Assembly: GCA_045130875.1 (NCBI GenBank)
Contig: JBGUQI010000018.1
Coordinates: forward strand, 7,508-71,507
Length of the DNA: 64,000 nt
Reading direction: 5' to 3'
From: Bacilli bacterium
GTDB lineage: Bacteria > Bacillota_I > Bacilli_A > RFN20 > CAG-826
The notes beneath the pieces are model-generated. The model worked only from the letters and a program-made list of their open reading frames with translations. It made no database searches and was not told the origin of the DNA. Below, in pieces: positions 56,839 through 64,000 of the stretch. The position numbers and the translations under genes are program-made. The first letter of the stretch is position 1. The number at the start of each line of letters is the position of its first letter.

Positions 56839-59589
56839 ATGAAGAAAAGATTTTTAGGAATTATTTTATCTTCCTTCCTCGCTCTTGGAGCTATGATCTT
56901 TTCTCATAACCAAAATAATAGTGGTTCTATAGCTAAAGCTGATGATTTAGTGGGCACTCCTACAGTTAGTTGGAATAACGCTGATTATTCCGCAGGACTT
57001 GGAGGAGAGGTTTGGTCTCCAAACACTAATAGTAATGGTGTTCCTCAAGAAGGATATTGTTTATTGGCTCAATATCCCAGTGATATCTCTGCGACTACTT
57101 ATACAACACAAAACCTTATTTCTGCGGGTATTACTGGTTGTAATGTCGGAGATTATGTCCTCATCAATGGTGTGGCTAGTAAGAATGTTACTGGTGTTAT
57201 CGCTAAGTGTTATCCCGTGAATGGTATATTCATCTATGTCCCACATAGTAGTGTGGCTTTTTCTGATGAATATGAATATGTAACTATCGAAGTATTAGAA
57301 GGTATGTCCATTGATGGTAGTGCACAAACTGTAGCTACTAGATTTGAATATCGTGGTCTATTAGGTTCCTATGGTAAATGGGAAGTTAATCCCGCACCGA
57401 TTGAGAAAATAAACGCTCAATTAGCGAAGATTGACTGGAATAACATGGATTATTCCTTCACATTGGGTCAAGAATGGTGTGGAGAATTATTACCTAGTGG
57501 TGCTCCTAAAAATGGTTACTGCTTATTAGCGTTCTTCAATGAAGAAGGTAAATCCTATAGTGAATCTTCTATCGGTGATGTCACCATGACTGGTAGAGGT
57601 GTTCTCGGTATCGGTTTAAACGCTGATTATAAGATTAAAGTTAATGGAGTTAACATCATTGATGTTGCGGACTCCAAATGTTATATATTCCCCACATATG
57701 GCTTATTCTTCTATATTCCTGACTCTTCCATCACTTATAGTGAAGAATATCCATACCCCATTATCTCTTTAGAACAGGGATTACATTTTAATAATGTCTA
57801 TCTCCCGAGAATCAATTTTGAATTTAGAGGAGTCTTAGGACAACTCAATGCTTGGATCTACACTAAAGATGCTTCTGAATATAACCATTTTGAATTCAAT
57901 GGTATTCCAGAAGCTTGGAACAATAGAGCGGTTGATGACACTCATAACGCCACAATCCTCCAATATGGTGAATATGGTGTCGATTATCTAAAAGAAGACC
58001 ATACCGCAGACGACACTAACTTAGTGAATCAATATTCCGACTGTGGTAATAAAATTACCATCAATGGTCATGGTTTATGGGAATACGAAGATGCAGTGGT
58101 GAGTTATTGGCATGGTTATTGCTATGTCTATATCGCTTTACCATTATCCGCTTTAGTGCCTAATAACGGTTATAAGATAACAACATTACATATCTCTCAA
58201 AACACTGTTTTCTGGGATACGATGTTTGGTGATTTATATCTATATCTCTTCAATGGTAAATGGGTCCTTGAAAGACCAGAGACACCAGATGATAGTGAAT
58301 ATGAAAGTGCATTCACTTTCTCTTCTACCTTTGGTAAAGAACAAGAAACATTAACTAATAGCAATCGACAATTAGTGGCCTCTAAAGAGACGAGCTTATC
58401 CACTTTTGGTTTATTGATGAATTATAAACTCAAAACTGAAGACAGTGCCTTTGTCTTATATGCTTTAGGTGGACAAGCCCAAAGTGGTCTTAGATTAGTG
58501 TTTAGAGAAAACACAATTTCCTTATATGATTCCACAGAAGGAAATGTCTTATTAGGTAACGCTACATTACAAGTATTTAGTTATGATGAATGGTATTCAT
58601 TATTCTTCTATACTCGTATGGTTGATAATAAATTATCAATCTATGTGGCTATCGATGATATTACCTATATCCATCTCGATGAAGTTTATTTAACTAATAG
58701 AAATAATATCGGTAATAACTTCTCCATCATTTGGGGTAGTGGTGAAATCTCCTTAAAGAATAGTGTTCCTGGTGCGGATAATAAGAAACCATCCTTATCT
58801 TATAGTGGTAAAGCCGCTTATGGTGTTCTTGTGGGTGCGGATAAGATTGATTTCTCCAATCGTTGCTCTGCATTTGATGCTCATGATGGTGATGTCACAA
58901 GATTAATTCAATATGTCTGGCCAGAAGGTTCTTTATCTACTGATAACAAGATTAATAAAGGTATCTGGGATGTTAACATTATTGCTTATGATAAAACCGG
59001 TAATACCTCTGAATTAGTAGTAGTGGTTATCGCTACAGATAAATTAGATGTTACAGTCACGTTTGATGGACAAAACCCCGTTAATTATCGCGTTGGTGAT
59101 TGTATTGCCTGTGTTCCTGATCCAGTGAAAGAGGGAGATGGAGTGACATCCTATAGATTTATCGGTTGGTACTATAACGATAGATTATGGGATTTTGAAA
59201 ACGATTATATCGTTAGTGATATGAACCTCGTGAGTAGGTTCCAAGAAACTATCGAAGAATATTGTGTTTCCTTCATAGTGGAAGGTTTAAGAGGTGTTTC
59301 CTCTTATGAACTATATTTTGGCTATGGAGCGAAATTAAATGTCCAGATGTTCGCAAAAGAAGGCTATAGTGTCAAAGCCTATATCAATGATGAAGAAGTA
59401 GAAACCATTACTGTCACTTCCAATATGAGTGTCAAGTTAGTCTATACCTCAAATGAAACTGAACCCACGAAGAAGAAAGGTTGTGGTGGATCCATATCCT
59501 CTACAACTATGTTGATACCTGTTATTTCTGGTTTGGCCTTTGTTTTACTCATGGCCTTAAGAAAGAGAGGAGGTAAAGAACATGAATAA
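56839..59589 (+). CDS. giant surface protein (916 aa), signal peptide, Listeria-Bacteroides repeat, C-terminal TM anchor
   Basis: Signal peptide. YRFIGWYYNDRLWDFENDYIVSDMNL repeat. C-terminal MLIPVISGLAFVLLMALRKRGGKEHE. Confidence 0.75.
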   Translation: MKKRFLGIILSSFLALGAMIFSHNQNNSGSIAKADDLVGTPTVSWNNADYSAGLGGEVWSPNTNSNGVPQEGYCLLAQYPSDISATTYTTQNLISAGITGCNVGDYVLINGVASKNVTGVIAKCYPVNGIFIYVPHSSVAFSDEYEYVTIEVLEGMSIDGSAQTVATRFEYRGLLGSYGKWEVNPAPIEKINAQLAKIDWNNMDYSFTLGQEWCGELLPSGAPKNGYCLLAFFNEEGKSYSESSIGDVTMTGRGVLGIGLNADYKIKVNGVNIIDVADSKCYIFPTYGLFFYIPDSSITYSEEYPYPIISLEQGLHFNNVYLPRINFEFRGVLGQLNAWIYTKDASEYNHFEFNGIPEAWNNRAVDDTHNATILQYGEYGVDYLKEDHTADDTNLVNQYSDCGNKITINGHGLWEYEDAVVSYWHGYCYVYIALPLSALVPNNGYKITTLHISQNTVFWDTMFGDLYLYLFNGKWVLERPETPDDSEYESAFTFSSTFGKEQETLTNSNRQLVASKETSLSTFGLLMNYKLKTEDSAFVLYALGGQAQSGLRLVFRENTISLYDSTEGNVLLGNATLQVFSYDEWYSLFFYTRMVDNKLSIYVAIDDITYIHLDEVYLTNRNNIGNNFSIIWGSGEISLKNSVPGADNKKPSLSYSGKAAYGVLVGADKIDFSNRCSAFDAHDGDVTRLIQYVWPEGSLSTDNKINKGIWDVNIIAYDKTGNTSELVVVVIATDKLDVTVTFDGQNPVNYRVGDCIACVPDPVKEGDGVTSYRFIGWYYNDRLWDFENDYIVSDMNLVSRFQETIEEYCVSFIVEGLRGVSSYELYFGYGAKLNVQMFAKEGYSVKAYINDEEVETITVTSNMSVKLVYTSNETEPTKKKGCGGSISSTTMLIPVISGLAFVLLMALRKRGGKEHE

Positions 59590-61222
59590 GAAATTATTTA
59601 TTCCTCTAGTTCTCTCTTCTTTACTCTTTGCGTCTTTGAGCTTTAGAAAAGGTTTTAACGCTAGTTATGCGAGTGATGTTGTTAACTTTGATGTGAATGC
59701 AATACAAGCTTTATCTCATAGAGATGGGATGACTGTTAACTTTGTTAATGATGATTTATTAGAATACTGGGATAGTGATTCTAATGATATCGATAAACTC
59801 AGAACTTTATATGAAATGAACACTGATATTGAGTCCTTTATCTCTAATTCATTTGACCATGAATATGTCCGTGAATTATATGCGAATTGGGATTCCTTTA
59901 AACCAGTGAATAATACTTTATCTTGGAAATCTAATGTCAGTGCTTCTAGCTATGACATCGTGGTTTCTTTAAATCCAGAATTAACCGAAGCTCTATATGA
60001 GGCTAAAGGATTAACCGAAACAGAATATACAATGGAGAATCCATATGCTTCATCTCATTATTTCTGGCAAGTAACCGCACACACGAAGAATGGAGATGTG
60101 AAATCATCCATCTTTGACTTCTATAGCGGTGATCATAAACGTACCGTGAGCATTCCTTCTATTTCCAATACTCGTGATATCGGTGGATTCACTGGTGAAT
60201 TTGGCATGATGCAACAAGGTTTAATCTATAGAAGTGGTCGTTTAGATGATCTTGATGAAAGCGCTAGTGAAGCGTTAAGACAATTAGATATTCAAACGGA
60301 TTTAGACTTAAGAAAGAACGGAGAAGGTGCGAAAAACCCCGCACATCTAACGAATTATTACTTAAAAACCCTCTTAAGTTATTATCAAGATTTCAATGAA
60401 GAGAATCGTCCTAACACGATTGAAGCCGTGAGAATATTTACTAATCCCGATAATTATCCAGTGATGTTCCACTGCGCAGTTGGTAGAGATAGAACTGGTA
60501 CTTTAGCTCTCTTATTACAAGCTCTATGTGGGGCTTCTAGAGAATATATCGTCCATGATTATTACACCTCGATGTGGTCAGTCACTGGCGCTTATCAAAA
60601 ATCACTCAATGATTTAAACCTCACTATAGTGAATGACACCCTTAATGCCTTAGAGAGATTTGGTGATAATCTCACTGATGGAGCGGAGAAGTTCTTAAGA
60701 CAACGTGAAGACACAATTACCCACGAATTAGTGGGTCTCACTGATGATGAGATTACCGCTATTAGAGATATCTGGTCTGGTAAGACTAGTGTTAATCATG
60801 GCTTTAAGACCTTTAAAGCGGAAGAAAACTATGAAGGTAAGACCTTGGTGAAGATTAAAGCCTTAGGTCATCAAGAGATGGCGATGATGGTCACTAAAGG
60901 AACAGTGCTAAGTGAACCTTATCAATTAGATCCATCTATGATGTGGATGAGTGAAGGTAGAGCCTTTGACTTTGCTACACCGATTAATGAGATGACATTT
61001 ATCTATGCTGACTATGTCATTCAATATGTGGTTGCTATCCATTTCGCAGGTATTGCTAGACAAGATGAAATCTTAAGAGTTAATCGTGGTGAAGTTATCA
61101 ACTTTGATAAATATAACCTCGATGGCTTTAGTATGTTTGCCATCTCTGATGAAGGCAGAGAGATTACTTCATTTGAAGCCACAAGAGATGCCTATATAAA
61201 TATTATTTATATGAGAAAGTAA
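59582..61222 (+). CDS. secreted protein-tyrosine-phosphatase-like enzyme (CX5R, Y_phosphatase3-type)
   Basis: Signal peptide and active-site loop MFHCAVGRDRTGT. Overlaps the upstream gene by 8 nt. Confidence 0.75.
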   Translation: MNKKLFIPLVLSSLLFASLSFRKGFNASYASDVVNFDVNAIQALSHRDGMTVNFVNDDLLEYWDSDSNDIDKLRTLYEMNTDIESFISNSFDHEYVRELYANWDSFKPVNNTLSWKSNVSASSYDIVVSLNPELTEALYEAKGLTETEYTMENPYASSHYFWQVTAHTKNGDVKSSIFDFYSGDHKRTVSIPSISNTRDIGGFTGEFGMMQQGLIYRSGRLDDLDESASEALRQLDIQTDLDLRKNGEGAKNPAHLTNYYLKTLLSYYQDFNEENRPNTIEAVRIFTNPDNYPVMFHCAVGRDRTGTLALLLQALCGASREYIVHDYYTSMWSVTGAYQKSLNDLNLTIVNDTLNALERFGDNLTDGAEKFLRQREDTITHELVGLTDDEITAIRDIWSGKTSVNHGFKTFKAEENYEGKTLVKIKALGHQEMAMMVTKGTVLSEPYQLDPSMMWMSEGRAFDFATPINEMTFIYADYVIQYVVAIHFAGIARQDEILRVNRGEVINFDKYNLDGFSMFAISDEGREITSFEATRDAYINIIYMRK

Positions 61223-61235
61223 GAAGGGAGATAAT

Positions 61236-64000
61236 ATGAAGAAAAATAAATCCATTATTGCACTAGCGACATTATTCTTCTCTATTTTTACTTTGGGTTC
61301 ATTAGGTAATAAGAATAATGACTTCACTCCTGTTAAAGCCGATGATGAGTGGACCACAATAAACACTAAAGCGACAGCGAAACAAACTGTCTTCTTATAT
61401 AATGCGGGTGACTCCTATATCTTCTTTAATGTCACTCCTAATGACTATACATCCATGAGTAGTGATTATACCTATGTAGTTAACACTCCATATTACAACA
61501 CTGTGGATTATAACTTCTTAACTCATATTCAATTTTCTAATGATAATCAGAACTATATTCCTTTCAGTACGATATATTTCGACATCGATTACAATTTCTT
61601 CTTTAAAGATGGAACATTTAGATTCGGTCTAAGAAGAAATATCGATACAGTAGTACAAGATGGTACCTATCAATACATCAAAGTATTAGAAGGTTGTGAA
61701 TTCCCTTCCTATTCATATTGTTTGAATGGTGGGACTAAACAGAAATACGTCCAAGAAAATACCACAATCTCCAAATTAAGAATCACCCATGATTATGAAC
61801 AGGGTGGTGTCTCTGAATATGAAGAGATGGTGGAAAAACCCAGAAAGACCTTTAAACAGATCGCTCCCGGATGGAATAATGCTTCCTATGGGGGAGATAA
61901 AAACTTCCATCAATTAATTCTCACCTATGGTGATCATGGTGTGGATTATCTATCTAATGACCATGTCGCGAATGCCACGAATAGAGCGAAACAAGCTTAT
62001 GATATCGGTAATAAACTAACGATTAATGGCTTACCTATCTATAAGATAAATAGCAAATTTGGCAGCACCCATGTGGGATATGACCATGGGTATGCTTATC
62101 TATATATTCAATATCCAGTTGAAGTTCTTTTGATGAACAAAAACAATCTAGTACCCACACTTCATATTGAAGAGGGAACTGAGTTCATCGATGTCACTTT
62201 GTCAGAAGTCACTCTTAAGTTTGTCGGTGGAGTATGGACTGTTTCTGATTCTGATGACTTTAGAATCGAAAACCCAATGAACTTAGATGACTATCTATTA
62301 GTCAATATGCCCCATGAATTTGGTACTACCGCACACGCGATTATGGGTGGATTACCGGCGGAAGGTGTGAAACTTGCATTCACCATTAATTTAGGTGATT
62401 TCGATTTAACTAATACTAATTTAGTATTCAATATCGATGGTTTATATCATTGCTTATTCCTTATCTCTCCATCTATGGGAGCGGTTTTATTACTCGATAA
62501 AGATGCGAATAACGCAGTATTGCAGCAATTTAATGGTTATGCCTTCGCGAATAATACGGATTACGCTTTTGAAATTGAGATTACCTGTACTAGTACAGAA
62601 ACCATCTTTAAATTAGCAATTAACCATTTCTTAGTGATTAATTACACACTAGCGGGTAATCGTGCAGCCGCATGTGATATGTGGGTCATCGATACCTCTG
62701 GTTGTGTAACCATGGATTACTATAAAGAAGTCGAAGCTTATAAGCCCGCGATTGTCTATGGTGGAACCTCTACCTATGATTTCATGGAAGGTGATCCATT
62801 ATATAACTTCGCTGGTGTCGTCGATGCAGTCGATTTATATAGTGATGATGTTAGCTATGCTAATCTTGAATTTATCTATCCCGATGGTGCGGTTACTGAT
62901 AATCGATATAACGCTGGAACATGGACATTAACTATCTCTTTATCCATTGAAGGATATGAGACCAATACGAAAGTGGTGACTATCCGTGTTCATAGTAAAA
63001 CTTCAATGGCGAAGATCTATTATGATGACGCTGATCCGATTGAAGTACCTATCGGTTCTAAATTAGTGCCACCTCCAAATCCGAATACCTATCGTGAAGG
63101 TGATTATGACTATGTCTTTGATGGCTGGTATTTTGAAGGCGCCAAATGGGACTTTGAAAATGATGTGGTTCAAGGCGATATGCATCTATACGCGCATTAT
63201 AAGAAGACAACGCCTCACTATATAGTGACTGTGGTATTTGAAGGTATTCCAAGAAGTAATGAAACATATTCATTAACCAAAGGTAGTTCCTTACCATTTG
63301 TGTTATTCGAACTCGATGGTGCAACTTATGAAGTCTATTTAGGGAATAACAAGATCACTTCTTTAGTGGTTCAAGATGATATTACAATCACTGTTAAATA
63401 CACAGTGGTGTTCACCTATGTAGAACCCAAAGAACCCACATGTACCGAAGATGGTAATGTCGGATATTGGTATTCCCCAGTTTATAAGAATTATTACTTC
63501 GCGGATCCAGAAGGAAGAGAATTAATTCCCGATGCGATTCTTCCAAAGTTAAATCATAATATCGTCCATTTAGATTATATGGATTCATCCTGTCATGAAT
63601 TAGGACATATCGAATGTTATTACTGTGAGAACTGCCACAAGCATTTCAGCGATGAAAATGGGCAAAATGAGATAGAAAACTGGAGTATTGCCAAGAAACC
63701 ACACGTTTTAACGCATCATCCAGAAGTTGAAGCGACATGTGAAGAAGACGGCCATATCGAACACTGGACATGTCAAAATGAACCGGGTGTTTATTATGGT
63801 GATGAACAATGTTCCATCATCTTGGAAAATGTTATCATCCCCGCGATTGGACATGACTATCGCGCTCCAACGTATACATGGAGAGAAACCGATAATGGTT
63901 ATGAATGTGTAGCCTCTATTTTATGTACACATTGTAATGAGGGAATTACCGAAACTAAGTTAGCCACGAAAGTCGTGGTTAGAGAATCTTCTTGTTCTAG
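61236..64000 (+). CDS. giant surface protein, 5' part (open to the window end); paralogue of 56839-59589
   Basis: Not in the ORF track because it has no stop. GAAGGGAG RBS, then ATG at 61236 (MKKNKSIIALATLFFSIFTLG). I read the frame through to 64000 without a stop. YVFDGWYFEGAKWDFENDVV repeat. Cys-rich repeats at the end. Confidence 0.75.
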   Translation, partial: MKKNKSIIALATLFFSIFTLGSLGNKNNDFTPVKADDEWTTINTKATAKQTVFLYNAGDSYIFFNVTPNDYTSMSSDYTYVVNTPYYNTVDYNFLTHIQFSNDNQNYIPFSTIYFDIDYNFFFKDGTFRFGLRRNIDTVVQDGTYQYIKVLEGCEFPSYSYCLNGGTKQKYVQENTTISKLRITHDYEQGGVSEYEEMVEKPRKTFKQIAPGWNNASYGGDKNFHQLILTYGDHGVDYLSNDHVANATNRAKQAYDIGNKLTINGLPIYKINSKFGSTHVGYDHGYAYLYIQYPVEVLLMNKNNLVPTLHIEEGTEFIDVTLSEVTLKFVGGVWTVSDSDDFRIENPMNLDDYLLVNMPHEFGTTAHAIMGGLPAEGVKLAFTINLGDFDLTNTNLVFNIDGLYHCLFLISPSMGAVLLLDKDANNAVLQQFNGYAFANNTDYAFEIEITCTSTETIFKLAINHFLVINYTLAGNRAAACDMWVIDTSGCVTMDYYKEVEAYKPAIVYGGTSTYDFMEGDPLYNFAGVVDAVDLYSDDVSYANLEFIYPDGAVTDNRYNAGTWTLTISLSIEGYETNTKVVTIRVHSKTSMAKIYYDDADPIEVPIGSKLVPPPNPNTYREGDYDYVFDGWYFEGAKWDFENDVVQGDMHLYAHYKKTTPHYIVTVVFEGIPRSNETYSLTKGSSLPFVLFELDGATYEVYLGNNKITSLVVQDDITITVKYTVVFTYVEPKEPTCTEDGNVGYWYSPVYKNYYFADPEGRELIPDAILPKLNHNIVHLDYMDSSCHELGHIECYYCENCHKHFSDENGQNEIENWSIAKKPHVLTHHPEVEATCEEDGHIEHWTCQNEPGVYYGDEQCSIILENVIIPAIGHDYRAPTYTWRETDNGYECVASILCTHCNEGITETKLATKVVVRESSCS

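Noticed and set aside
1613-63912. Many short ORFs nested inside or antisense to long genes (e.g. 1613-1852, 5941-6210, 13486-13911, 20206-20511, 33578-33817, 38784-39191, 48624-48893, 63058-63324, 63727-63912)
   Set aside because: All lie within longer ORFs that have recognisable domains or clear signal and anchor features. They lack RBSs and have skewed, low-complexity translations, so I treated them as non-coding.
1-64000. CRISPR arrays, tRNA/rRNA genes, transposases and integrases
   Set aside because: I saw no regularly spaced direct repeats, no tRNA T-arm/acceptor signatures and no recognisable recombinase motifs while reading either strand. The only notable DNA repeats are the 29-nt pair at 40031/40157 and the short operator-like and 8-mer repeats reported above.

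Overview
Low-GC bacterial chromosome segment, about one third G+C by eye, using the standard genetic code. Nearly all genes are on the + strand. Lipobox lipoproteins, and large surface proteins anchored by a C-terminal TM helix plus basic tail rather than LPXTG, suggest a Bacillota/Mycoplasmatota-like (Erysipelotrichia/Acholeplasma-type) organism; this is inference only. I saw no rRNA, tRNA, CRISPR array, integrase or transposase. Layout: (1) 0.3-8.4 kb holds a GH78 rhamnosidase, a PHP phosphatase, a macro-domain protein, a SIMPL protein and an HD-type small alarmone hydrolase. (2) 8.5-10.7 kb is a small accessory islet: two XRE regulators flank a ~560-nt ORF-free, G+C-richer, hairpin-dense region that I call a large structured ncRNA candidate (minus strand), plus a 21-aa hydrophobic type-I-toxin-like ORF. 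(3) 10.7-19.2 kb holds a DUF1295 membrane protein, two large lipoproteins, a DUF4116 protein and a GH37 trehalase-like enzyme. (4) 19.3-24.9 kb holds a lipoprotein S8 protease ending in a dockerin, followed by a membrane-anchored protein with three cohesin-like modules. (5) 25-37 kb is a defence-island-like block. It contains a Cys-rich protein + PD-(D/E)XK cassette, then a tightly coupled 5-gene operon (MazG-like, DUF2075 nuclease-NTPase, nuclease-SF2 helicase, small SAM methyltransferase, second DUF2075), then a TM-anchored HNH nuclease and RmuC. (6) 38.4-40.3 kb holds a ZIP transporter, MntP, and a second type-I-toxin-like locus with a decayed duplicate. (7) 40.7-54.7 kb is a carbohydrate utilisation locus: SGNH hydrolase, ABC ATPase, YesL, AraC, two permeases, a binding lipoprotein, a large surface protein and two clan GH-A-like hydrolases. 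(8) 54.8-64 kb holds three paralogous giant surface proteins and a secreted CX5R phosphatase. The best candidates for something undescribed are the large ncRNA at 9430-9990 and the 27.9-35.3 kb five-gene operon.
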